Part shown: piece after piece, positions 52,303 to 64,000 of the stretch | Numbering within the stretch: position 1 is the stretch's first letter | How the letters are laid out: each line of letters starts with the position of its first letter | Assembly: GCA_951406725.2 (NCBI GenBank) | Contig: OX597816.1 | Span: forward strand, 155,620,001 to 155,684,000 | DNA length: 64,000 nt | Source: Octopus vulgaris | Taxonomy: Eukaryota | Direction: 5' to 3' | Notes under the pieces: model-generated | Told to the model about the DNA's origin: nothing | What the model saw: the letters and a program-made list of their open reading frames with translations, nothing else | Database searches by the model: none | Program-made: the position numbers and the translations under genes

Positions 52303-54292
52303 GAAATGTACATAAAAAGGAATCATATCCCAATGGATTGAGGGATCATTGGCAGACTTAGCAGTGTTTGCATGTTAATGTTTTTTTAAAAAGAACATTA
52401 CTGTGTATATGCAATTTTGTTTTATTATTATTATTATTATTTTATTTGTGTGTGTGTGTGGAGGGGTGCATGTTAATATATTTGGAAAACAAAAAAAACA
52501 TCTTAGATTTGCATAAACAATACTTTCAGATTTAATGGTAATTAAATCTATTTATTCTTAAATTTTCATTATTACTTGTGAGAGTATGAATGACAGTATA
52601 GCTTAATTAGTTAATTAAGAATTATTTTCTAAGTCACTTAGTCATAACTGCTAGTTTTAACAATTAATCATTAATTTTTTAATTAATATAGTTTATACTA
52701 TTAACCATAGTTATTGTTTACAGTGTACCACGTAACTATGATAGATTCAATCTGCTTACTGCAATCAGTAGCTGCATTTTAATAATAAGAGAATACTAAA
52801 GGATAATATTTGAGGACTATATTAATACTTACAAAATTATATCTATTAACCGATTAATATATACTTTATTTCATTTGAATTTTAATAATAATTTTAATTT
52901 TTAAAAAAATACCTACTTATATCTATTAGATAATCAATTTATAATTTTAGTAACTTTTTAATTTAACTGTAATTTTTTAACATAAATTTGCTGGTGTGCA
53001 CACAGGATAACCCTTCTTCACTCTTACTGTTAAGTAGTTTATGTTTAGAAGTTAAAATTCGAAAAATCTCACCAATGCAAAAATCGCAGCAAATATTTCC
53101 AATTTTATTGGTTTTGGCAAGGCTTTTGATTTCCCACTTTAGGTTACATAATATATTTTTGTCTTTTAAGTCCAAAATAAATTTGCTTAAACTGGTATGT
53201 GGTAATTTGTTTCTATTTTTATATGTGCATTTGTGGTTGGTTATTCACTTTTTAATATAATTTTCCCTAGATCCTATGTAAAAATAGTTTTTACCCTCAG
53301 ATTCCACTTTACATCTATACACTACATTTTTTTGCTTGCAACAATTTTTAAACAAACAGTTATCTTTAATTTTGCAATCACAATATATATTTTTATTTTC
53401 TTTTATAGAATTGCATTTAGTATTGTTATTGTTCATAGCATTAGTTTTTTGGTTAAGATGGGATAGAACGTGGGTTGTTTCCCTTTGTATTTTAGCGGGT
53501 TTATTAGCACATTCATTATAATCAGAATTGTTTATGCTATCCTATACTGTATCTGTACTAAAATTAACTGTATTATTAAAGAAATTAGTTAACTTTTTAT
53601 TGTTAAGTGAAGGTACAATCTGGGAAACATTAGTTGAGGCAGAAAATCCAATACCAAGTTTACTGGTGTTAATTATATCATAATATTTACTTCCCTTAGT
53701 AAAGTGTTTTGAAAATAGTTTATAAAGAGATTTAACCAAGTTACTTTTAATTTGCATAGCAAATAGAATAATTAACCATATAAGATTGTGCTTATTAGAA
53801 GTTCCAATACAATTATCCAATTGCGAATCAATTTTATTTATATATAGGGTATGTCATTTAATTTCATTTTTATTTTCATGAATTTCATTAGATGAATGAA
53901 GTAATAAATATGTTTTCATATGTTGGATATCATTGTTATTTAGTGTATATTTATTTTTACCCTTATTTCTATTCTTTCCAGACTTAAAAATTTTTCTGTT
54001 ACTATTCATTATATCTATGGTATTCCTATCACTGTAGTTTATACTTGATGAATAACCTCTGCTTATATCTTGCCCTACTGAGCGCCATGTTGTAATAGTT
54101 TGTGTTTTTGTTGAAAAATTTCTCGCCTGATGATAAATTTGAGATTCTTCTAGATATATTGTAAGCCATAGAATTTGTGATAGATCTAGGATGATTACTT
54201 CTGATATATGTTTAAGGTTGGTATTAGGTTTGTGGAATGGTTCATGGTTTCCAGTAAGAAGGTTAAGGTTTACATCTAAGAAGTTATTTCAA
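52204..54292 (-). mobile_element. Penelope-like element remnant (Naiad/Nematis-type): RT thumb, Asn-rich linker, GIY-YIG endonuclease
   Basis: NFLDVNLNLLTGNHEPFHKPN..SNHP; CDCKIKDNCLFKNCCKQKNVVYRC..YIG..NH..TSLSKFI.DLK..WEI..CDFCIGE..LLNSKSE..CVH..KF. Confidence 0.85.
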
Positions 54293-54332
54293 TAAACTGA
54301 TGTCTATCTGTTGATTTTTTTCATTTTCTTTT

Positions 54333-54374
<42 letters not shown>

Positions 54375-54426
54375 TTTATATATATATATACGTATTTATA
54401 AATATATATATGTATTTATAAATATA

Positions 54427-55065
54427 TCATCATCATCATCATCATCATTTAGAGTCTGTTTCCATGCTGACATGGATTAGACAGTTTGAGTGAAACTGGC
54501 ATGTCAGAAAGCCATACCAGGCTCCAGTCTTGTTTGGTTTGGTTTCTATGGCTGGTTGCCCTTCCTTACACCAATCACACAAAGAGTGTAGTGAGTGCTT
54601 TTTACATGTCACTAGCACTGACCATGATATATATATTTATATATAAATATATATCATCATCATCATCGTTTAGCGTCCGCTTTCCATGCTAGCATGGGTT
54701 GGACAGTTCAACTGGGGTCTGGGAAGCCAGAAGGCTGCACCAGGCCCAGTCTGATCTGGCAATGTTTCTACGGCTGGATGCCCTTCCTAACGCCAACCAC
54801 TCCGTGAGTGTAGTGGGTGCTTTTTACGTGCCAGACAAGTCTGGCAAACAGCCATGATCGGATGGCACTTTTTACGTGCCATATATATGTATCATCATCG
54901 TCTAACGTTCACTTTCCATGCTAGCATGGTTTGGACGGTTCGACTGGGGTCTGGGAAGCCAGGAGGCTGCACCAGGCTCCAGTCTAATCTGGCAGTGTTT
55001 CTACAGCTGGATGCCCTTCCTAACGCCAACCACTCCGTGAGTGTAGTGGATGCTTTTTACGTGCA
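54427..55065 (-). mobile_element. Three tandem RTE-tail short elements, each ending in (GAT)n
   Basis: Copies at about 54427-54620, 54655-54832 and 54893-55062 share ccatgctagcatgg..ctggatgcccttcctaacgccaaccactc. Confidence 0.75.
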
Positions 55066-55196
55066 TATACCAGTCCATGTATCTGTTGCTGGTTGAATTG
55101 GTTATACTCTTCCTCCTCTACCTTCAAATTAATTACCTTTTGATAATGTAAAAAAAAAAAAAGGGGGGACTTAACAAGAGAAACGCCATTACTTAC

Positions 55197-55255
55197 TGTT
55201 ATTAACTCCACATTCCAGTGCAGGATCTGGTTGTATAAACTTGAAATTCTGAATC
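55197..55255 (-). CDS. WDR93: WDR93-like WD40 protein, internal exon (most 5' exon found in window)
   Basis: ttttctag acceptor and gtaagt donor; 59 nt, phase 2 to 1; encodes IQNFKFIQPDPALECGVNN; in frame with the next exon. Confidence 0.6.
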
Positions 55256-55996
55256 CTAGAAAATAAGAAATCAGAAAATGGTAATTAATGATGGCAGAAT
55301 TGCAATAAATATATTGGTTTCAAATTTTGGCACAATGCCAGCAATTTCAGGGGACGGGATAAGCCAGTTACATAGGTCCCAGTGCTCAACTGATATTTAT
55401 TTTATCGACAACCCGAAAAGATGAAAGGCAAAGTAGACTTCAGCAGAATTTGAACTCTGAATGTAAAGACAGAGGAAGTGTTGTTAAGCATTTTGCCCAG
55501 CATGCTAATGCTTCTGTCGGCTTGCCACCTTAACTATTTAAGTTTAGCTCAGATGTGATTTAGACTTATGTAAGGTACTCCACTATGACCATTCCATCTT
55601 TCTCACAAGTGCAATGCAACAAAAGCTACACTACTAATGTGAAACAAGCCCACCATATATATGTGTACATGTATGTTGTATATATGTATTGCTGACTAAA
55701 TGATGGGCTGCCAGAAGCACAAATAAGCAAATTAAGCCATCTGGCTGCTTTAGTGTTGGTAGGGGACAAATGCAAACATACACACACACACACACAATAT
55801 ATATATATATAGTCAATCCAAACATGAACAAGCAAGAAAAAACAAGAATGCGAGGATGTGGTACAAGTACTGTGTTATTAGCCTCTGTGGCTAATAAAGA
55901 AACTTTATCTATTTATCTATTACACACATACACATATATATGTATGTATGTACATAACTATATACATATATATATATATATATAGGGGGTGGGGAA

Positions 55997-57685
55997 GTAA
56001 GAAGAAAATAAGCAAAAATGCACATTGGAAATCAAAACAGTAAAGACTTTTTATGAAAAGGACAGGTATATACCATTAGATGAACTGAGGTAGGAATAAA
56101 AGTAATAAAAGTCATTATTGTGAATTAAATTCAATATTTGTCCAACCCATGCTAGCATGGAAAACGGACGTTAAACGATGATGCTGATGATGATAATACA
56201 GTTTACTATCGACACAAAATGTGGAATTGCAATGAAAACCTGAGCTGCTCCAGTGAGTGTGAACCTTGTAATGGGCTACCTAGAACTTAAAATATACCAA
56301 TCATCACTACAAAAATATAGCACCTCATTCCATTGCTATTTAAAGGAGAACTGGAAGAGGTATTTGGACAACTGCTTCATACTTTGGAAAGATAGCATCA
56401 ACAAACTCCTCGATTTCAAAATAATGCTTAACAATATTAATACCAACATACAATTCACCATAGAGCACAGTAATAAACAACTCCCTTTTCTTGACATCCT
56501 AATTAAAATAGTCAAAAACCACATTGAAACAGACATCTTCTATAAACCCACAGATTCAAAACAATACCTATTATCCAACTCATGCCACCCCAAACACATA
56601 AAAATTAATATACCTTATAATCTAGTGAAAAAAATCTGTACTCATGAACAAAGACTCCTTGAACTCAGATCAATACTAATCAAAAGACATTACTCGATAT
56701 CATTAATAAATGATGGCATTAAACGAGCTAAGGAAATAGATATACGAACATTAAGGGAAGTCAACTGAAATGCTACACCAAACTTAAAAATACTCCCATA
56801 CATCTCCACACATAACCATAGAAACAGCGAAACCTTCAATATTGTCATCCAAAATCTACCCATCCTCACAGGAGATAAAACAATGAACAAAATAAGCAAA
56901 ATGCAACCTAAATCATTGAAAAAATATTAACCAGTGCAAGCCTATATCCATTAATGGAACCAAAAGTGAAAAAATGTGGTCTATCTAACTGTGGTACATG
57001 CCCCCATCTTTTGGAGGGTTCAGAGTTCCACTTTAAACAAGGTGAAATATTTTATATTGGCAAACAGGAAGTATCACTCCATCAAAGAACCACTCTCAGC
57101 AAAGAACAAATCTACCACCCACAATACAGACAGATACAGGTCAGTGAACACATAGAAAGGTGTGCTAGGAACCTTAATCCTAATTTCCTAATTTTCCCCT
57201 TCTATCAATGTTCACAGAACACCTCAGTACAGCAAAGGATGAATAAAGAGGTAACTTTCATCAATAAATATCTTCAACAACTCAATATGAACACATAACA
57301 TAATACAGAACACTACTAACCTTTTAATTAATACCATTAACCCCTACATATCCCATACACCATTCACATTACAGATTTATATCTACCCTAATAACACCAA
57401 ATCCATAACTACTTACCTCTCTTACACATAATCTTTTTACTCAGGGACTAGTAGACCCAACACCATTCGGTAATCAGTGTGCAATCAAAGCAGTGAACAA
57501 TAATTTTACAAAGCCGGTATGCCTTTGAATCTCTTTAACAATTCACAATAATGACTTTTATTACTTTTATTCCTACCTCAGTTCCTCTAATGGTACACAT
57601 CTATCATTACTTTTCATAAAAAGCCTTTACTTTTTTTGATTTCTAATGTGCATTTTCACTTTTTTCTTCTTATTTTCCTCTTACA
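55997..57685 (+). mobile_element. Penelope-like element remnant with inverted terminal pseudo-LTR segments
   Basis: WKRYLDNCFILW, LPFLDILI, TDIFYKPTDSKQYL..SCHPKH; CGLSNCGTC and YIG; 55997-56127 is an imperfect reverse complement of about 57540-57685. Confidence 0.85.
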
Positions 57686-57726
57686 TTTCCATGTGTAGTT
57701 TCTATTTTCTTTTTGTAACATATTTC

Positions 57727-57773
<47 letters not shown>

Positions 57774-57854
57774 TGCATGATGGAAGTTAAACGATGATGA
57801 TGATGTATATATATATATATATGCATGCATGATGGAAGTTAAACGATGATGATG

Positions 57855-57899
<45 letters not shown>

Positions 57900-58726
57900 A
57901 TGCTTTATTAGTAAAGCTGCAAGGATATCACAAAAACTGTTACTCAGAGTTTCTTGTTCCTGTTCGTTGGGCAGATCCAGTTTAGAATGGGACAAGATAG
58001 GGTTATATGCATAAATATACAGTTACTTTGATAGATACACATTTGAAAATGGTTTTCTTTCATTGGTCCTTTTCAACTAATGGTCTTTTCAATAACTGGT
58101 TATATGAAATTACAATTATGATTTAAAATCATATCATTATAAGATCGAAGGAAACCTTAAATCAAGAATTAGATTTAGTAGAAGGAAAAACTCTGACGCG
58201 CTCTCTCTCTGTTTTGATAACCACTTGCTTCACCAACACTTCCCCCTCCTCTATCACCCCACCCTACATAAACTAGTGCACACACTCAGATTCCTCCACT
58301 CCATTTTTATAACTCTGCTGAAAGAATAGGAATCCAGAAGATGCCCTTGTCTTATTTTGCGGTACTCCCCCTCCCACTCCCACCACCTGTTCTAGAAGTC
58401 GCTATCTTCTGTCATCCTTTGGTTATCTCCCATGAACACTTCTAAAGGCTTAATGCTATCCCCACCCCTACTTAGGTTTTATCCCCTATGTAAGGCGGTG
58501 ATCATATAGCGTATAAAAATGATGGTGTAGTGTATGAAGGTTGAAGGCTACTGTTAGTTTATGAATTCTGCCAAATGCGAGCTTTCTTTTCAGGTACATG
58601 ATGCTGCTGTCCCCTATCCCAGGGTCTCAAGGGCCCAGGCAGACTAAAGGTAGGTCTAGTGAGATTATTGAGATGCTTGAACAGAGATTTGTGTAGATTT
58701 GTACTGTCTCCAAGAAGTAACTTGGC

Positions 58727-60365
58727 GAGGAAGCTTTTGACAGGATCCCCCGATCTCTTATCTGGTGGTCAATGAGGAAACTAGGGATAGATGAATGGCT
58801 AGTGAGAGCTGTGCAAGCTATGTACAGGGACGCTGTCAGTAAGGTGAGGGTTGGCAACAAGTACAGTGAAGAATTCCGGGTAGGAGTAGGGGTCCACCAA
58901 GGATCAGTCCTCAGCCCCCTCTTATTCATTATAGTCCTCCAGGCAATAACAGAGGAATTCAAGACAGGATGCCCCTGGGAGCTCCTCTATGCTGATGACC
59001 TTGCTCTAATTTCTGAGTCATTATCAGAACTAGAGGAAAAGTTTCAGGTGTGGAAGTAAGGATTAGAATCAAAGGGCCTTAGCTAAAACCAATGTCTTAA
59101 TAAGTAGGAAGGCAGACAAATCACAAGTAGATGGCCCTGTTCGAACTGTAGAAAAGGCGTAGGTAGAAACTCTATAAGATGCACCAAGTGTAAGCTATGG
59201 ACACATAAGAGGTTCAGCAATATCAAAGGAAGGCTAACTGGGAAGATAGTTTTTATATGTGGCAAATGCTCAGGTGCTATAAATACTGAAAATGTGCAGA
59301 GAACAGCTTCTGTCTCATTCCAGGGAGAAAAACAAGTAGTTGATAGCTTCCATTACCTAGGGGACCAATTCAGTAGCTGGGTGTGGATGCTCTGAATGTG
59401 TAGCTGCTAGAATAGCCTGGGCAAAGTTCAGAGAGCTCCTACCTCTGCTGGTGACAAAAGTCTTCTTGCCTAGAGTAAAAGGTAGACTATATGATGCATG
59501 TGTACGAACAGCCATGCTACATGATGTGGTGTGCAAGAGAGACAACTGTGCTGGTATGGTCATGTGTTGCGAATGAATGAGGACAGCTGTGTGAAAAAGT
59601 GTCACACACTAGCAGTTGAGTGAACCTGTGGAAGAGGCAGACCCAGGAAAACCTGGGATGTGGTGATGAAGGACGACCTTCAAACACTTGGCCTTAATGA
59701 GGCAATGACGAGTAACCGAGACCTTGGAGATATGCTGTGCTTGAGAAGACCCAACCAGCCAAGTGAGACCATAACCACAGCAGGTGTAACCAGCCCACTT
59801 ATGAATACCCATCATTAATTGGACAATAAACTATACTTGCAAAGACTTATTAAGGCAAGTGAAATCAAAATTGCTGACGTGGCCGATGACAGTACTGCCT
59901 GATTGGCACTTGAGCCAGTGGAATGTTAAAAGCACATCTGAGCATGATCGTTGCCAGGGCCACAGATTGGCTCCCATGCCGGCGGCACCTACAATGCATC
60001 ATTCAAGCATGATCATTGCCAGCATTGCCTTACTGGCACATGTGCCGGTGACACATGAAAAACAAAATTCGAGCGTGGTCATTGCCAGTACTGCAGGACT
60101 GGCTCCGGTGCAGGTAGCACATAAAAATCACCTTTTGAGCATGGTCATTGCCAGAAGCCCTGACTGGCCCTCACACTGGTGGCATGTAAAAGCACCCACT
60201 ACACTCTCAGAGTGGTTGGCATTATGAGGGGCATCCAGCTGTAGAAACTTTGCCAGATCAGATTATCAGATTGAGCCTGGTGCAGCCTTCTGGCTCACCA
60301 GTCCTCAGTCAAACCATTCAACCCATGCCAGTATGGAAAGCGGACATTAAACGATGATAATAATA
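58727..60365 (+). mobile_element. RTE LINE RT-to-3'-end fragment
   Basis: GVHQGSVLSPLLFIIVLQAITEEFKTGCPWELLYADDL; PHD-like segment; 3' UTR and gatgat tail. Confidence 0.9.
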
Positions 60366-60503
60366 AATATATATATATATATATACACACACACAAACAC
60401 ATGCACATACAGAGACACATGGACACAAACTCTCTCACACACATGCATGGACACACACATACGCATGCATGCGCACACACACACACGCACGTCTACACAT
60501 CCA

Positions 60504-60686
60504 TACAAGGTCTGATTAAAGAGAAGTTCTAGAAATCTCTTCCATCAATGGAAATAATGTTGGATTAATTGCATGGCTTCTGAAGGGGACAACTTTGAAG
60601 GAGTTGCTGAATTGAAATGCTGAATTGAAACAAATTATAGTTTTCTTGTTATAGCAACAGTTTCAATGCTTTTTGATTAGACATCA
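60504..60686 (+). mobile_element. Internally deleted mariner-like element
   Basis: Imperfect TIR tacaaggtctgattaaa / tttgattagacatc; WINCMASEGDNFE resembles a mariner C-terminus. Confidence 0.55.
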
Positions 60687-60909
60687 TCTTCATCCATAAA
60701 TACACATGTACACACGCACACACACACATGCACACACACACACATCACATTGTACTTGTGTAGCGAATAAGTTTGCACTGAAACATGGTTTTCGATTCAC
60801 TACCATTGTGTAGCACTTTGGCAAGTGTCTTCTGCTATAGCTCCACTTTGATCAGGTGTTTTCTGAGTGAATTTGATAGTAAGAAACTATACAAAACCTG
60901 CTGCATATG

Positions 60910-60943
<34 letters not shown>

Positions 60944-61498
60944 TATTATAAGTAAAAAAATACAAACTGGGACAAGAACGTAAAACATTTAGAAGACGAT
61001 ACAAAAAACACGGAAAAGGCTGATTTTGACCAGCGGTCACGTGAGGGAAGAGAGAGAAAAGAAAGGGGGCAAAGGAAACAAACAAAGAGAGAGAGAGAGA
61101 AAGAGGGACGAAGGCAACAAAGGGGGGAGAAGAGAGAGAAAGAAGGAATTAAAGAGGGGAGAAAGAGTGCGTGCCAAGGATTGGCTTGTGAGTGCAAAGT
61201 GAGAAAGACAGAGAAATGTAAGAGAGTGGGGGAAGAGTAGACCAAAGAATCAGAGGCAAGAAAAGAGAAAAGGAGGAGAAGTAGAGAGAGAGAAGGGGAC
61301 AGATCAAAGTAGAGTGCAAAGTGTGAAAGGCAGAGAAATGTAGGAGAGAGAGACAGTGTGTAGAGTCGTACCAAATTTACAGGAATATGTAATTACATAA
61401 GGCCAACGAGGGTACGGACGCCGCTATATATATTATATGTAGAAAAATACAAACTGGGACAAGAACGTAAAACATTTAGAAGACGATACAAAAAACAC
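60944..61498. repeat. 68-bp direct repeats with 487-bp period, flanked by (TA)n
   Basis: aaaatacaaactgggacaagaacgtaaaacatttagaagacgatacaaaaaacac within 60944-61011 and 61431-61498. Confidence 0.85.
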
Positions 61499-61595
61499 AG
61501 ACGGGACATATATATATATATATACACACACATTTGTGTGTATGTATGTGCATATATAAGTGTGTGTGTGTGCATAAGTATGTATTCTTTTATTA

Positions 61596-61967
61596 TTACC
61601 TCTGCCTTAGCAAAGGCAGAAATATTGTTTTCAGTCATGTTTGTATGTTTGTTTGTCCATGGACAAGATATCTCAAGAACTGCTGGCTGGATTTGGATGA
61701 AACTTTCAGTGATGTTTGGTCTTATGACTGGTATGAACTGATTAGATTTTGGGATCGATCTGGTACTGAACAAGTATTCTGAACTATTTTCCTGTTTTTT
61801 TTTACAAAAGTTTTGAGGGCGGTCAGGTTCATTTTTAGTATTCTTGTTTGTGAGAGCAGTCGAGTTTATTTCAGCTATTCTCATTTAAAAAATAATCTCT
61901 GGCTAAATGTTCAGAAGACATTGGTGTTGCCTTGGTGGAGGTTTGTGCACTCTAAGTGCCCTTGTTT
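61596..61967 (+). mobile_element. Helentron-associated non-autonomous element (second subfamily)
   Basis: ttacctctgcctt..aaggcagaaatattgttttc ... ccttggtggaggt + gtgcac..aagtgc hairpin + ttgttt. Confidence 0.6.
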
Positions 61968-61999
61968 TACATGTTTTTAAGGCAGTGAGCTGGCGAAAT

Positions 62000-62706
62000 C
62001 GACCCCAGCATTCATTTTCTTTTCAAGTCTGGTACTTATTCTATTGGTCTCTTTTGCCAAACCATTAAATCACAGGGATGTAAACACACTAACACAGGCT
62101 GTCAAGTGGTGGTGAGGGGACAAACACAGACACAAAGACACACACATAGATACATATGACAATCTTCTTTCCGTTTCCGTCTACCAAATCTGTTCACAAA
62201 GCTTTGAGCAGCCCGAGGCTGTAGTGAAGACACTTGCCCAAGGTGCCATGCAGTTGGACTGAACCTGGAACCATATGGTTGGGAAGAAGCAAGCTTCTTA
62301 CTACACAGCCAAACCTGCACCTACATATTCTTTTATTCTTGTATTGTTTTACTTGTTTCAGTCATTTGACTATGGCCATGCTGGAGTAACGCCTTTAGTC
62401 GAACAAATTGACCCCAAGACTTATTCTTTGTAAGCCTAGTACTTTTGCCGAACCGTTAAGTTACAGGGACAAAAACACACCAAAATCTGTTGTTAAGCAA
62501 TGGTGGGAGACAAACTTGGGCACACAAACATATATATACATATATATACGATGGGCTTCTTTCAGTTTCTGTCTACCAAATCCACCCACAAGGCTTTGGT
62601 TGGCCCGAGGCTAAAGTAGAAGACACTTGCCCAAGATGCCACGCAATGGGACTGAACCTGGAACCATATGGTTTGTAAGCAAACTTCTTACTACACAGCC
62701 ACTCCA
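62000..62706 (-). mobile_element. Two tandem SINE family A copies
   Basis: Copies at 62000-62322 and 62348-62706. Confidence 0.8.
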
Positions 62707-63230
62707 TATATCTATATGTATGTCATCATCGTCATCATTGTTTAACGTCCATCTTCAATGCATGCATGAGTAGGATGGATGACAGGAGCCAGCCAGGTAG
62801 AAAAATTACCCTAGGCTACTGTGTCTGTTTTGGCAAGGCTTTTACAGCTGGATGCCCTTCCTATCACCGACCACTCTGTAGAGTAGACTCAGTATTTTTT
62901 ATTTGGTACTAGCACAGGTGAGGTTAGTCTTTGCATCATTTTTACAGCTGGATGCTCTTCCAAGCACCAACCATATTATAGTGTGAACCGGATGATTTTA
63001 ATGTGGTACCAGCACTGGCAGGGTAACCAGGTAACTCACAATATAAGGAATTATGAGACAAACAGAACATTTGAAGAGGGGAACTTGTGTCAGAGGATGG
63101 AAGGTTAGAGTGTGACAAAGAGAAAAAAGCAGGTGTCTTGCCATAGCAGAGGAGGTATTAGAGGAGGTGATCTGGTATCAAATAATGAAAGGTTATAGTG
63201 TAACAGAGAAACAGAGGCAGGAACAGGTGT

Positions 63231-63407
63231 CTTGCTATAAGAGGAAGTACATGATTACACAAAGAAAGAGAAAGAGAGGAGGGAGAGAGAGAGAGAGAGA
63301 GAGAGGGGGGTGCAACAGAAGCCAGAAACAAGCATGCTGATGTAAAGGAGATACTTTGTTACCCAGTCAGAGGAAAAATGAGTGAAGAAGCGAGAGAGTG
63401 ACCAAAT

Positions 63408-63459
<52 letters not shown>

Positions 63460-63495
63460 AAACAGCAAAAGTGTAAGAGAGAGTAAAAGAGAGAT
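63231..63495. repeat. (GA)n-rich tract
   Basis: Long GA dinucleotide runs. Confidence 0.9.
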
Positions 63496-63784
63496 GGTAT
63501 AGTGCTAAGGTAAACTCACAAGTAACAAAAATATGAGCATAGAACCTGGTTAGAAAAATAGGGTGTGAGTGTGGGTATTGGGGTATGGGCAGCGATACAG
63601 TGAAGGATACACATCATTGGACAGAATGGACTAAGCGGAACAAGAGGATACACTAGGATGGAAGTGTTGCTGAAGGTATCACAGATGTGCTATGAAAGAT
63701 TCTGGACAATGGACATCAGTTGCAATAAGAACAGTAATAATTGAGTGAATATTTATTTGGCAAAAAAAAAATAATGACTATTAC

Positions 63785-64000
63785 AGGAGCAAGAGTGGCT
63801 GTGTGGTAAGTAACTTGCTTCCCAACCACATGGTTCCAGGTTCAGTCCCACTACATGGCACCTTTGGCAAGTATCTTCTACCATAGCCTCGGGCTGATCA
63901 AAGTGAGTGGATTTTGTGGACGGAAACTGAAAGAAGCCCTCAGTCAAACTGCCCAACCCAAGCCAACATGGAAAGCAGATGTTAAGTGATGATGATGATG
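63785..64000 (+). mobile_element. SINE family A head fused to RTE-type tail
   Basis: gagtggctgtgtggtaag head followed by ccaacccaagccaacatggaaagcagatgttaagtgatgatgatg. Confidence 0.7.

Noticed and set aside
53245-53247. In-frame TGA in the Naiad-like element as possible selenocysteine
   Set aside because: It falls at the conserved Arg of GIY-YIG (K-x-R-x3-H), best explained by CGA>TGA deamination; it is not a Cys position, and the element also has a TAG
57929-57975. Hammerhead half (GAAACTCTGAGTA-acagttttt on the minus strand)
   Set aside because: CTGANGA core and stem I 5' arm are lost; noted only as a relic, not called as a feature

Overview
AT-rich, repeat-dense animal genomic DNA; the SINE/LINE families look like those of an octopus (inferred, not database-checked). 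Nearly all ORF-track entries are microsatellite or transposon noise. The one host gene found is on the minus strand: six phase-compatible GT-AG exons (55197-55255, 40313-40390, 38394-38528, 33301-33496, 31440-31500, 29984-30179) plus a probable terminal exon (3959-4146). They encode the C-terminal half of a WDR93-like WD40 protein. The introns hold several tRNA-derived SINE families, decayed RTE and R4/Dong-type LINEs, three Penelope-like (RT + GIY-YIG) remnants, a mariner, Helentron-type non-autonomous elements and MITEs. The most striking structure is at 49966-50995, a (TA)n-embedded non-coding element. It has a near-perfect 321-bp inverted repeat and two tandem type I hammerhead ribozymes 483 nt apart, i.e. 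a retrozyme / Penelope pseudo-LTR-like unit that could release a 483-nt self-cleaved RNA. At least five more intact or decayed hammerhead motifs occur in the window, one within a head-to-head palindrome of tRNA-like heads.
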